This document shows, in pieces, positions 45,458 through 56,066 of a stretch of 64,000 bases of DNA. The notes beneath the pieces are model-generated. The model searched no databases. It was not told the DNA's origin and saw only the letters and a list, made by a program, of their open reading frames with translations. A program made the position numbers and the translations under genes. The stretch lies in contig CBDCXL010000002.1 of the NCBI GenBank assembly GCA_965223795.1, forward strand, positions 1,024,001-1,088,000, written 5' to 3'. The DNA is from Nitrospinales bacterium. GTDB lineage: Bacteria; Nitrospinota; Nitrospinia; Nitrospinales; VA-1. The first letter of the stretch is position 1; every line of letters starts with the position of its first letter.

Positions 45458-46261
45458 TCAGATCAGATCGTCGATGTTCTGACCGCGTTCGGTTTGCGCA
45501 CTTTCCGGCGCCTGCGTTTCAGCGCCGTCGTCGATGCTTCCCTCTCCGGCGGACACGGTTTCTTCCTTCGGAGTCTGCGGCTCCAGCCCGGTCGGTCCTG
45601 CCTGCACCACGGTCTGCGTTTCCAGAGCCGGTTCTTTATCCGCCGCTCTCTCCGCGGCCCGGTTCTGTTCCTCGCGCACCGTCTCGTTCACCTGCTGCGG
45701 CTCGATGCGTTCCTGTTCGCGGGTCTCGAACTCGCGCAACCGCTGCTGCGCTCCGTCGTTCTCCGGTGCGCGCGTTTCCGCACGCGGAGCCGGTTCGCGT
45801 TCCAGCCGTGCGCTCTGCACGCTGTCGCGGGATTCTTCACGCACCTGCCGTTCACGGCGGGACGCGTCCTGCGGTTCGTTCGCGGCTTCCTCGAATCCGC
45901 GCACGCCGCGCGCGTTGTCGCGTTCCAGCTCGACGATCTGCCGGGCGGCGCCGCGCTCGCTTTCGCTGCGTTCGTTGTTGGAAACAGGGGGTTCCTCGTT
46001 GCGCCCGCTGCTTTCATTGCGCGCCTGGCCCGGCGTGTCCTGGGTTTCGCGCCGCAGCAGAACCTGTTCTTCCGGCGTGGAGGTGCGGACGTTCTCCTCC
46101 CGCGGCCGGGGTTCGTCCGCCGGCCGTGCGGTGGTCTCCTGCCTCTGCCTTGCTTCCGGCCTTTCCGCCGCTGCCTCTTCGCCTGCATCCGGCCTGCGGT
46201 TCTGCACGGTGTTCAACAGGCTCTGAGGACTCGCGGAAGGCCCGCTCACTTCCTGTGCCAT
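45458..46261 (-). CDS. Low-complexity E/R/Q-rich protein under sigma-28 control
   Basis: GGAGGA RBS; probably disordered; ends RGQNIDDLI. Confidence 0.75.
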   Translation of the reverse strand: MAQEVSGPSASPQSLLNTVQNRRPDAGEEAAAERPEARQRQETTARPADEPRPREENVRTSTPEEQVLLRRETQDTPGQARNESSGRNEEPPVSNNERSESERGAARQIVELERDNARGVRGFEEAANEPQDASRRERQVREESRDSVQSARLEREPAPRAETRAPENDGAQQRLREFETREQERIEPQQVNETVREEQNRAAERAADKEPALETQTVVQAGPTGLEPQTPKEETVSAGEGSIDDGAETQAPESAQTERGQNIDDLI

Positions 46262-46358
46262 GATCCTTTCCTCCAAAAAGGTTCAACGCATGCTCTGTGA
46301 AATTCAAACGTCTGCTTTCCCCTGAAACCGGGGCCGCAGCCTGAAAAAAAAACCGAAC

Positions 46359-46385
46359 TAAAGTTTAACCACCCGATACCGATAC
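46359..46385 (+). promoter_or_regulatory. Sigma-28 promoter, antisense orientation
   Basis: TAAAGTTT-N11-ACCGATAC. Confidence 0.65.
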
Positions 46386-46391
46386 GGAGCA

Positions 46392-46455
46392 TAGGTATGA
46401 TTTGCTCTTTTATAATTTCAGTATAAAAGCAATCGCGCCGAACAGGCGCTTTTTC
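46392..46455 (+). ncRNA. Candidate sigma-28-dependent small antisense RNA
   Basis: Follows the sigma-28 promoter; AU-rich hairpin then GCGCC-GAACA-GGCGC-TTTTT terminator. Confidence 0.4.
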
Positions 46456-46500
46456 AGCCTATCTCCCATTTTCTCAAAAGGTTACAGGTTGACGGTTTCC

Positions 46501-46527
46501 GTATCGGCGAAAATTCCGGAAACTTTA
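46501..46527 (-). promoter_or_regulatory. Sigma-28 promoter
   Basis: TAAAGTTT-N11-GCCGATAC, near consensus. Confidence 0.8.
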
Positions 46528-46638
46528 GCCAAAATTTAAATAAATTTTAACAAAGCGATTTTTTGGGCGTGCAGAGGGGAAAATCAGCGAACGGCTTGAT
46601 CCTTGCGGGGGTTTGCGGGTCAGGCGGGATGCCGGGGG

Positions 46639-47241
46639 CTATTCCGGCTGCTTAAATTGCGGCAGCAGCGCCTGCCATTCGTTGTAATAGGGCAGGATCT
46701 CGTATTCCAGCAGGTCGGCGAGCAGGACCCAGTCCTTGTTCTTGTTCGCCTCCTCCATCTGCTGAACGAGTGTGACGAGCTTCTCCTGACGGCCCTTGAC
46801 CTGGCCTTCGTCCAGCCGTCTGGAACCGGGAATGAGGTCCACGGCTTTTTCCAGCGATTCGACCACCTGGGAAAACCAGTCCATGCCGTCGATGATGTGG
46901 ATGAAAAACTGGTTGGCTTCCTTTTCGTCGCCGGAGCGGAACAGCCCGGCGGCTCTTTCGATTCCGGGGATCAGTTTGCCGAGATAGGCCTGGATGTTGG
47001 CGAGGTTCTTGTTGACGATCTGCGGCAGGGAGGAAATTTCGGTTTCCAGGGTTTCGATTTTGGCGACGGGGGTCTCGCGGATGCTCTCGGAGTCGGGGGC
47101 GACTTCCTCCTGATTGAGGCTCACGCGGCTGTAAAAGTTTCCCAGCTCGGGCTTGCATTGCAATATGCTGTCGAGCAGCTCGCCCAGCGTCGCCGCCGGG
47201 TAGGTGCCCGTCTCTTCTTCTCCGTTGACATAAATTTTCAT
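46639..47241 (-). CDS. Hypothetical protein in flagellar context
   Basis: AGAGG RBS; ends with DWVLLADLLEYEILP motif. Confidence 0.75.
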   Translation of the reverse strand: MKIYVNGEEETGTYPAATLGELLDSILQCKPELGNFYSRVSLNQEEVAPDSESIRETPVAKIETLETEISSLPQIVNKNLANIQAYLGKLIPGIERAAGLFRSGDEKEANQFFIHIIDGMDWFSQVVESLEKAVDLIPGSRRLDEGQVKGRQEKLVTLVQQMEEANKNKDWVLLADLLEYEILPYYNEWQALLPQFKQPE

Positions 47242-47440
47242 GTCCGCCTCTTTGAGATCCGGGTCGGGCAGGCGTTCAGGGTAGGACCCGGATTTTGAAG
47301 GATAGTCCGTGCCGGACCGTTTTTCACCTTAATGGGTCGGTATCTTGATGTCAAAGACTTTCCGTTGACAGTGCCCGCACAGGGCCTTACCGTGGAAGAG
47401 AGGGAAATCGTTTCTCTTTTGAACCGGGAGCAAGCGTTCC

Positions 47441-48303
47441 ATGATCGAATCGTTCAATTCGGGCAACCTGACGCGGCTGTTCAACATCATTGAAAAAAAC
47501 AAGTCGGGACTCGGGCGCACGCTGGAAAAAATCGCCACGGGACGCCGTCTGAACCGCGCCGGTGAGGACGCGGCGTCGAACGCCATCGCCACGCGGCTGC
47601 GTTCGGACATCCGCGTGCTGACGCAGGCCGTGCGCAACGTGGAATCGGGCGCCAATTTCGTGCGCACCGCCGAAGGCGGCCTGCAGAACGTTTCCGACCT
47701 TGTGACCCGCGGCCGCGAACTGGCGATCCAGGCCAGCAACGGCACGCTGGGCGATGCGGAACGGCAGACGCTGAACCAGGAACTCACGCAGATCAAAAGC
47801 GAGATCGACCGCATCTCGGGCGCGACCGAATTCAACGGCCAGAAACTGCTCGACGGCTCGTTGAGCCCGGGGTCGCCGACGCAGGTGGACATCCAGGCGG
47901 GTTCGGGCAGCGGCCCGGAAAACCAAATCAACCTCAACGTCGTCGATGCGACCGACACGCAGACGCTCGGCGTCGACGGCACCGACATCTCGACCCAGGC
48001 CGGTGCGCTCGCGGCGCTGGCGGATTTCGAGCAGGCTGGCGACACGCTGTCCGCCACACGCGGCGAGATCGGCGCGGCTTCGAACCGCCTGGTCATCTCC
48101 GGCAACGACCTGGGCAACCGCATCGAAAACCTGACGCGGTCGGAATCGGCCACTACATTTAGCTGGCCGACGCGGATCTTGCCAAAGAGATCTCCGATCT
48201 TCAGCGCGGCCTCTCGCTTTTTCAGACCTCGATCCAGAGCCTGGCCACGAGCCTGCTGCAGAACGAACAGGCCACCGGCCGGCTGCTCAACACGCGCATC
48301 TGA
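47441..48303 (+). pseudogene. fliC: Flagellin-like gene frameshifted by an 11-bp insertion near 48150-48160
   Basis: N-domain LEKIATGRRLNRAGEDAA...TAEGGL...EIDRISGATEFNG. The C-domain LADADLAKEISDLQR...GRLLNTRI-stop (48303) is in another frame. Removing 11 bp gives a 283-aa ORF. Confidence 0.85.
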
Positions 48304-48502
48304 GCTGAAGCACCCTTTGGAGCACCCCCACCCCTTTAGAAATTCACGCTTCCTTATCGTACGGTCGAAACCAGTTGGCTATTGCAATTCAACCTGTTCG
48401 CTATGGCCGGAGCCGGATTCGGTCTTGACCGTAACGGTCTGAAATGCTATTAATTGACCTCCTCAAAATCGCAAAAACCCGATCTTTCCCGGAGTGGATT
48501 TT

Positions 48503-48703
48503 ATGGACGTCAACACCATCAGAATCGAGATACGCAAGCATCACGTGACGCCCGGCATGAACGTGCTGGACCTCATCATCGACGCCAACGGCGAGAAAAT
48601 CGTCAAGCAGACGCAGCACAAGGACACCGATCAGTCGTTCCAGAAATTCGTCAAGGACGCGATCGCGCTTGGCAAGGAACTGGCAGAAGCCCGGATCGAA
48701 TGA
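48503..48703 (+). CDS. Small hypothetical protein
   Basis: GGAG RBS; host-like codon usage; 66 aa. Confidence 0.7.
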   Translation: MDVNTIRIEIRKHHVTPGMNVLDLIIDANGEKIVKQTQHKDTDQSFQKFVKDAIALGKELAEARIE

Positions 48704-48840
48704 CGCTGTCCCCTCCTTCCTAAGGAATCGTCACACTCAAGCTCCCGCTTTCTGATCCGGACCGCATCCCGTCCTTGTGAAACGCGAATCTGTCAGGCAG
48801 AGACCTTTGACTCACTCAGGTGCGGCCCCTCAAAGCAATG

Positions 48841-48873
48841 TCTGTCACCCTTCGACACGCTCAGGGTGACAGA
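48841..48873. repeat. REP-like palindrome between convergent genes
   Basis: TCTGTCACCCT-TCGACACGCTC-AGGGTGACAGA; degenerate CCTTTGACTCACTCAGG copy at 48804-48820. Confidence 0.65.
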
Positions 48874-48949
48874 TCTCAATTCCGCGCTGATAAACACACT
48901 CACTAAAAAAAATGAAATGATTGAGGGAAACAAAGGGAGTGAAACCCGC

Positions 48950-50011
<1,062 letters not shown>

Positions 50012-50023
50012 AAATTGAAAGTC

Positions 50024-50051
50024 ATTATAGCCGTATGCAAATGATTGTCAA
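50024..50051 (-). promoter_or_regulatory. Consensus sigma-70 promoter
   Basis: TTGACA-N16-TATAAT. Confidence 0.75.
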
Positions 50052-50249
50052 AAAAAACACTAACCGCACAAAGGTTCTTTAGGAATTATTGAATGCTTCG
50101 ATGGGAGTTACCATTTTGTTTGTTTATGTTTTTGATGATCCATTCAGCTTTAAACTATTTTGATTAAATTTTATCTCTTTTAATCGAAGCTGAAAAACTT
50201 TTTACGGAAGGAAGGGCAACGGTAAAACGTTATCACTCTGTGAGAACGC

Positions 50250-51623
50250 TCACTTGCCGATGCAGAACTCGCCGAAGATCTGATCGAGCAGGTCTTCATC
50301 GAAGGTCTTGCCGAGCAGGGAGCCGATCCGCTCCTGGGCGGCCTGCACGTCCACGGCGACGAACTCCTCGGAGAGCCCCGATTCGATCGAGCCCGCGGCG
50401 CGCTCCAGCGCCTGGGCGGCGTCTTTGAGACACTGCCGGTGCCGCTCGCGGGTGAGCACCGCGGCTTCCGCGCCGCCGCCGCTCGGGCGCACCGCGTCGT
50501 GAACGGCGTCGATGAGGGCGTCCAGCCCGTCCCCGGTTTTGGCGGAGAGGCGCAGGAGTCCGGCATCGCCGGGCAGGGCGGCGTTCAGGGCGTCGAGGTC
50601 GAGTTTGTGAGGCAGGTCGCATTTATTGAGGATGAGGCGCCGCGGTTTTGCGTTCACTTTGGCGATCAACAGCCGGTCGTCGTCATCGAGCGGTTCCGAC
50701 GCGTCGAACACAACCAGCGCGAGGTCGGCTTGTTTGAGCGCCTTGAGCGCTCTTTCGATGCCCTCTCCCTCGATGGCTTGCGGATGCCTGCGCAGTCCCG
50801 CCGCATCGACGATGTTGATGTGGATGTCCTTGATGCGCACGCGTTCCTCCAGCGTGTCGCGCGTGGTGCCGGGATGCGGCGTGACGATGGCGCGCTCCTC
50901 GCCCAGCAGCAGGTTGAGCAGGCTGGATTTGCCGACGTTGGGCTTGCCGATGAGCGCGACGCGCGCGCCTTCGCGTTCGATCTTGCCGCGCTCGAAGGTG
51001 GCGAGCAGTGTCTGGATGTCGTTGCGCACCGCTTCGATTTCTTTTTGCGTCGTTTCTTTTTTCTGAAACGTCAGCCCCTCTTCGGGAAAGTCGATGGCCG
51101 CTTCCAGCTGCGCCAGGACCGCCAGCAGTTTTTCGTACAGAGCGTGGATGGATTGGGAAAGCCTGCCTTTGAGCTGGGACAGGGCCGACTGCAGGGCTTT
51201 CTCGGATGCGGCGTGGATCACATCGGCGACGGCTTCGGCCTGGGTGAGGTCGATTTTGCCGTTGAGGAAGGCGCGGCGGGTGAACTCGCCGGGTTCGGCC
51301 AACCGGGCTCCCGCAGCGAGGATCAGCTTGAGGATGCGGCCGGCGACGTAAGGACCGCCGTGCGCGCCGATCTCGATCACATCCTCGCCGGTGTAGCTGG
51401 CGGGCGCCTGAAACCAGGTCGCCAGCACGCGGTCGACGCACGCAGCCGTCGCGGGATCGCGGATTTCGCCGTGCTGGACCTGCCGCGGGGCGGCGGACAT
51501 TAAATCCGTCCCGCCGCGAAACAGGCCGGCCGCCAGTTTCCGGCTTTGGGGACCGCTGATGCGGAGCACGTGGATCCCGCCCTCTCCCTGGGGCGTGGCG
51601 ATGGCTGCGATGGTGTCGTTCAT
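50250..51623 (-). CDS. mnmE: tRNA modification GTPase MnmE
   Basis: DTIAAIATP, GKPNVGKSS, GTTRD motifs; ends FCIGK. Confidence 0.97.
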   Translation of the reverse strand: MNDTIAAIATPQGEGGIHVLRISGPQSRKLAAGLFRGGTDLMSAAPRQVQHGEIRDPATAACVDRVLATWFQAPASYTGEDVIEIGAHGGPYVAGRILKLILAAGARLAEPGEFTRRAFLNGKIDLTQAEAVADVIHAASEKALQSALSQLKGRLSQSIHALYEKLLAVLAQLEAAIDFPEEGLTFQKKETTQKEIEAVRNDIQTLLATFERGKIEREGARVALIGKPNVGKSSLLNLLLGEERAIVTPHPGTTRDTLEERVRIKDIHINIVDAAGLRRHPQAIEGEGIERALKALKQADLALVVFDASEPLDDDDRLLIAKVNAKPRRLILNKCDLPHKLDLDALNAALPGDAGLLRLSAKTGDGLDALIDAVHDAVRPSGGGAEAAVLTRERHRQCLKDAAQALERAAGSIESGLSEEFVAVDVQAAQERIGSLLGKTFDEDLLDQIFGEFCIGK

Positions 51624-51697
51624 GTTGCTTTTCCCGTTTGGGCGTCACCGCATCGTCTCAAACGGCGGCGCGCACGCACAGGATACACCGGACCGCG

Positions 51698-53338
51698 TTA
51701 CTTGGCGATTTTATAGATGTAGTACTGCTGGGCGATGGTCAGGATGTTGTTGACGGTCCAGTAGATGACCAGACCCGCCGGGAAGGTGATGAACAGGAAG
51801 GTGAACACGATGGGCAGAAACATCATGATTTTCTGCTGCACCGGATCGCCGATGGCGGGGGACAGCCGCTGCTGCAAAAACATCGTCGCGCCCATGAGAA
51901 CCGGCGTCACGTAGTAGGGGTCCTGCACGGACAGGTCCTGAATCCACAGCATGAACGGCGCGCCGCGCAGCTCGATGGAGAAAAACAGCGCGTGGTACAG
52001 GGCGATGAACACGGGAATCTGCAGCAGCATGGGCAGACAGCCGCCCAGCGGGTTGACCTTGTGCTTTTTGTACAGCTCCAGCATTTCCTCGTTCATCTTC
52101 TGGCGGTCGTTCTTGTTGCGCTCCTGGATGACCTTGACGTAGGGCTGGACCTTCTGCATCCCCTTCATCGACTTGAAGCTTTTGTGGGTGAGCGGGAAAA
52201 ACAGGATCTTGATGATGACGGTCAGGATGATGATGGACCAGCCGTAGTTTTTGGTGATGCCGTAAAAATATTCCAGCGTCTTGAGCAGGGGCTTCACCAG
52301 AAACGCGAACTTGTTGCCGAGCCAGCCGTAATCGAGCAGCCGGAACAGCTTGTGGCCGGAATCTTCCAGCACCTGCAGCTGCTTGGTGCCCGCATAAAGC
52401 AGATAGGACACCGACGCCGCGGACTGCACCGATTCGAAATCCAGCCCGACGTACAGCTCGTCGTTCTTTTTTTCCACGCGCGCCGCTTTCGCGCCCTGGT
52501 CGGGTATCAATGCGGCGGCGAAGTATTTATTCTGGAACGAAGTCCATTTGAGATCGCCTTTGTGCGTCACGCCGCCGCCGATTTCGTCTTCCGGGGTTTC
52601 GATGCGCTCGTTGTTGACGAACGTGGTGGGACCGGAAAAGATGAAGTAATCCGTCTGCGAACTCACCGCCCCGCCCATCGAGGGCCCCCACAGCACGCGG
52701 TAATTCAGGTTGCGGCTCGCCAGCGGCAGCGCGCTGATGCGGGTGTTCACCTGCACGAGAAACTGCTTGTGGCGGAACGTGAACTCGCGCACCACTTCCA
52801 GCCCCGATTCGTGACGCAGGGTGAGCTTCAGCTTGCCTTCGGGTTTGGCTTCGTCGATTTCCAGAAATTCCGTGGACGGCTCGTAAAAAGCGTTCTGCAA
52901 TATGTAGGTGATGGCTTCATCGTCCGCTTCCAGCGCCAGCGGGGCGGGGGCGCCGGGCACCGCGTTGACGAGGTTGACGACCTCGCCGTTGTCGTTATGG
53001 TATTCGGGAAGCAGCACCTGCTTGAGGGTGCCGCCTTTGTTGGAAAACAGAAACCGGGCGCGGCCGTTGAACACGGTGATGAGTTTCTCCTCTCCCGGAA
53101 ACGGCGCGGGTGCGGGAACGGCGGCCGGTGCGCCGGGCACCGCCGGCGGCGCGGTGTCTCCCGGCACGGGCTGGGCGGGAAGCTCGCCCGTGGGCGGCGC
53201 CTGCTTCTGCGCCTGTCTGGACTGCGCTTTTTTCTTTTCCGCTTCGGGCGGAGGCGGATTGATGGCGGCGAGAAAATACCCCCAGCCGACAAACACCACC
53301 AGTGACAGCACGAACGCCAGCAATACCCGGTTTTCCAA
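51698..53338 (-). CDS. yidC: Membrane protein insertase YidC
   Basis: NYGWSIIILT, VNPLGGCLPMLLQIP, DPYY and GLVIYW motifs. Confidence 0.97.
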   Translation of the reverse strand: MENRVLLAFVLSLVVFVGWGYFLAAINPPPPEAEKKKAQSRQAQKQAPPTGELPAQPVPGDTAPPAVPGAPAAVPAPAPFPGEEKLITVFNGRARFLFSNKGGTLKQVLLPEYHNDNGEVVNLVNAVPGAPAPLALEADDEAITYILQNAFYEPSTEFLEIDEAKPEGKLKLTLRHESGLEVVREFTFRHKQFLVQVNTRISALPLASRNLNYRVLWGPSMGGAVSSQTDYFIFSGPTTFVNNERIETPEDEIGGGVTHKGDLKWTSFQNKYFAAALIPDQGAKAARVEKKNDELYVGLDFESVQSAASVSYLLYAGTKQLQVLEDSGHKLFRLLDYGWLGNKFAFLVKPLLKTLEYFYGITKNYGWSIIILTVIIKILFFPLTHKSFKSMKGMQKVQPYVKVIQERNKNDRQKMNEEMLELYKKHKVNPLGGCLPMLLQIPVFIALYHALFFSIELRGAPFMLWIQDLSVQDPYYVTPVLMGATMFLQQRLSPAIGDPVQQKIMMFLPIVFTFLFITFPAGLVIYWTVNNILTIAQQYYIYKIAK

Positions 53339-53368
53339 GTTACGATTCTCCGCTGAAATCTGAATGCG

Positions 53369-53581
53369 TCATTTGAGAGGGTCGGCGCCGCCTTCGTGAT
53401 AAGGGTGGCATTTCGCCAACCGGCAGACGATGCGTTGCAGCGCCCGCAACAGATTGTGACGCTTGAGCGCCTGCACCGAATATTCCGAGCAACTGGGGTG
53501 AAACCGGCACGATGGGATCATGATGGGAGAAATGATCTTCTGATAGAGTTTGATGATCTGGATCAGGACCCAATTGAGCAT
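53369..53581 (-). CDS. yidD: Membrane protein insertion efficiency factor YidD
   Basis: YQKIISP..CRFHPSCSEY..KCHPY..GG.DP motifs. Confidence 0.95.
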   Translation of the reverse strand: MLNWVLIQIIKLYQKIISPIMIPSCRFHPSCSEYSVQALKRHNLLRALQRIVCRLAKCHPYHEGGADPLK

Positions 53582-53620
53582 TGCATTGAGGACCCGTGTG
53601 CGGGGCGGGAGTCTGGGAAT

Positions 53621-53974
53621 TCAGTACGATTGTTGAATTTTCAAAAGCGATTTCTCGATTTTTCTCTGCAACAACGAGGACGGCAGGGAAACCAGACCCT
53701 TTCCCGAAATGATCACCAGGTCGACTCCCGGATGCAGCCGGTCCTTGAGGTGGCGGAACGCTTCGCGGATCTTGCGTTTGGCGCGGTTGCGGACCACGGC
53801 GTTGCCGACCTTCTTTGAGGCGATGATGCCGAGCCTGCGGCGGTTGAGGTCGTTGGGAAGGTAGAACAGGGTGCAGAAGGTCTCGATCCTCCGCTTCCTG
53901 CCTTGCGCCATCACCCGTTCGAATTCGGGCCGCTTGGCCAGCCGTTCGCTTTTGCGAAACGAGAAATCGCCCAT
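53621..53974 (-). CDS. rnpA: Ribonuclease P protein component
   Basis: RLGIIASKKVGNAVVRNRAKRKIRE. Confidence 0.96.
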   Translation of the reverse strand: MGDFSFRKSERLAKRPEFERVMAQGRKRRIETFCTLFYLPNDLNRRRLGIIASKKVGNAVVRNRAKRKIREAFRHLKDRLHPGVDLVIISGKGLVSLPSSLLQRKIEKSLLKIQQSY

Positions 53975-53977
53975 GGG

Positions 53978-54112
53978 TCAGACGGTCAGCCGTTTTCGCC
54001 CCTTGCGCCGCCGGTTGGCCAGAATTCTGCGGCCTCCCACCGTGGATTTCCGCTTGCGGAACCCGTGCGTCCTCTTTCTTCGCTGATTTTTGGGTTGAAA
54101 GGTTCTTTTCAT
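53978..54112 (-). CDS. rpmH: 50S ribosomal protein L34
   Basis: Translated by hand: [44 protein letters not shown]. Confidence 0.97.
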   Translation of the reverse strand: MKRTFQPKNQRRKRTHGFRKRKSTVGGRRILANRRRKGRKRLTV

Positions 54113-54440
54113 CGCGTTCCCGTCCGGATGGCCCGCACTATTTAAAAAAACCACTGAAAAATCAGTGGTTATAAGCGCAGAGCCGAAAACAGTCTTCTAT
54201 TGCCTCGTTTCCGGGGATTATTTCACCCGCCTTCATTGTTGTCAAGGCCGATTTCAACTATTTTACGCCAATTCAACCCTTTGCAACAAATTTTGTCTTT
54301 CGGCGCCAAAACGTGTGATTTTTCGCCCACTAGCGGGACCATCCCCGGAAAAGGGGATAAATCGCTATTTTTTGTTATAAAATTCATTAATTATGGTGTA
54401 ACATATTTAAAATCAATAAGAAATTATTTTCGAGGGGATC

Positions 54441-56000
54441 ATGACCGTAATCCATTCTGCAAACGTCACTGGCCGCCGACGCGCATCCGGAGACCGTCCG
54501 CACACCATCTCCTGCCTGTTGATTTTATTCGGCTTGCTGGGCGCAATGGGTCCGCAAACCGTGGACGGCGAAAGCCTGCGATCGCTGGACCCCGCTTTCG
54601 TGCCTGTGGAAGTGGCTCAGCAAAATCCGGGACGGGTTTCCATCCTTGAAGGGACCACGGATGCGGACATCGAAGGCAGCGAGCTGTTTTTCTCCGAAAA
54701 CAAACTCAAACAGGCCGGTTTCGTTCTTACTGAAACCGATTCTGTCGGAACCATATTGAACAATTTCCACAATCACACACAATATTCGAACGGGCAGATC
54801 GTCTACATCGACCTGGGCAAAGAGCACGGCATCGCCGAGGGAGACCTGTTCACCATTTTCAGCCGCGGCCGCCACATCCGCCATCCGGTCCTGAAAGGCG
54901 AAGTGAAAGAAGGCATCCCCAATTACGAACGGCCGCTCGCCTCGCCCCACAAACCGTTCTTTTCCCGCGTCGGCCGTTTCGTCGGCTACATGGTGCGGGA
55001 GCTGGGCTATCTGAAGGTGGTGGAGGTCAACGAGACAACGTCCAAAGCCGTCATCAGCGAGACCTATCAGCCGATCCACGACGGGGCGCTGATCACCCCG
55101 TACAAGAAGCTCAATCCGCCGCCGAGGCTGCCGAAAACGAAAGCCAGTGGAGAGCGGCTGGAAGGTTACGTCATCGCGTTTCGCCGTGAAGGCTACCAGG
55201 CGGGCATGAACAACATCGTCTACATCGACCGGGGTGCGAGAGACGGCGTGCGCCCGGGTGACCGGTTCGAGTTTTACGACGTTCCGACCGTGATTGAAGC
55301 GGACTGGAATGAGGTGGAGCCGCGCGTCCAGCCCCTGTTCCCGCAGGTGATCGGCGAGATGCAGGTGCTCAAGGTGCAGGAGGAAACAGCAACCGGCATC
55401 ATCACCAACAGCCAAGATCCGATCAAGCTGGGACAGCACATCCGCTACAAACCGGTGGACATCGTGCCGCGGCCGCTGGAAACGGTCGCCGCGCTGAAAC
55501 CGGCTCCGGATTACGCCCCGAAACAGGAACTCATCGAGATCGAGGCGCCGATCGTCGAGACCATCGCCGAGGAAACGCCGTTCTCGGATTTCACCGATCC
55601 GCTGGCGGAGCTGCAGCCCGAAAACGATGACGCGGAACTTCTCGCCTACGTGCCCATCCCGGACATGGCGGACGTGCATTTCGAGTTCGACCAGCACACG
55701 ATCGACGCGATCTCCGAATCCACGCTGCAGAAACACGCGGAGTATCTGAAGGGCCATCCGCATGTGAAGATCCAGATCGAAGGACACGCGGACGAACGCG
55801 GCACCAACAACTACAATCTGGCTCTGGGTGAGCGCCGGGCGGAAGCGGTGCGCGACTTCCTGATGTCCCTCGGTGTGGAAGAGGAGCGCATGGCGGTCAT
55901 CTCCTACGGCGAAGAAAAACCCGCCTGCCACGAAAGCAACGAAACCTGCTGGCAGGAAAACCGCAAGGTGCACTTTCTCGTCAGCGACGGCGAAAGCTGA
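54441..56000 (+). CDS. Exported protein with two FlgT-C/TsaP-like beta domains and a C-terminal OmpA/Pal peptidoglycan-binding domain
   Basis: IVYIDLG..HGI..GD and IVYIDRG..DGV.PGD repeats; VHFEFD, IEGHADERGTNNYNLALGERRA, SYGEEKP motifs. Confidence 0.85.
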   Translation: MTVIHSANVTGRRRASGDRPHTISCLLILFGLLGAMGPQTVDGESLRSLDPAFVPVEVAQQNPGRVSILEGTTDADIEGSELFFSENKLKQAGFVLTETDSVGTILNNFHNHTQYSNGQIVYIDLGKEHGIAEGDLFTIFSRGRHIRHPVLKGEVKEGIPNYERPLASPHKPFFSRVGRFVGYMVRELGYLKVVEVNETTSKAVISETYQPIHDGALITPYKKLNPPPRLPKTKASGERLEGYVIAFRREGYQAGMNNIVYIDRGARDGVRPGDRFEFYDVPTVIEADWNEVEPRVQPLFPQVIGEMQVLKVQEETATGIITNSQDPIKLGQHIRYKPVDIVPRPLETVAALKPAPDYAPKQELIEIEAPIVETIAEETPFSDFTDPLAELQPENDDAELLAYVPIPDMADVHFEFDQHTIDAISESTLQKHAEYLKGHPHVKIQIEGHADERGTNNYNLALGERRAEAVRDFLMSLGVEEERMAVISYGEEKPACHESNETCWQENRKVHFLVSDGES

Positions 56001-56066
56001 GATTCGCCCAAAAGGGCCAACCACTATGGGCCGGGATTCTCCGGCCCTGAGTCCCCTGCCCCACAC

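Noticed and set aside
46397..46426. Small peptide ORF behind the antisense sigma-28 promoter
   Set aside because: Only 9 codons (MICSFIISV); cannot be supported from sequence alone.
47441..48442. Intact 333-aa flagellin as given in the ORF track
   Set aside because: The C terminus after 48150 is out of frame; the true flagellin C-domain ends at 48303.
54113..54440. oriC
   Set aside because: AT-rich and next to rpmH, but no clear DnaA boxes and no dnaA.
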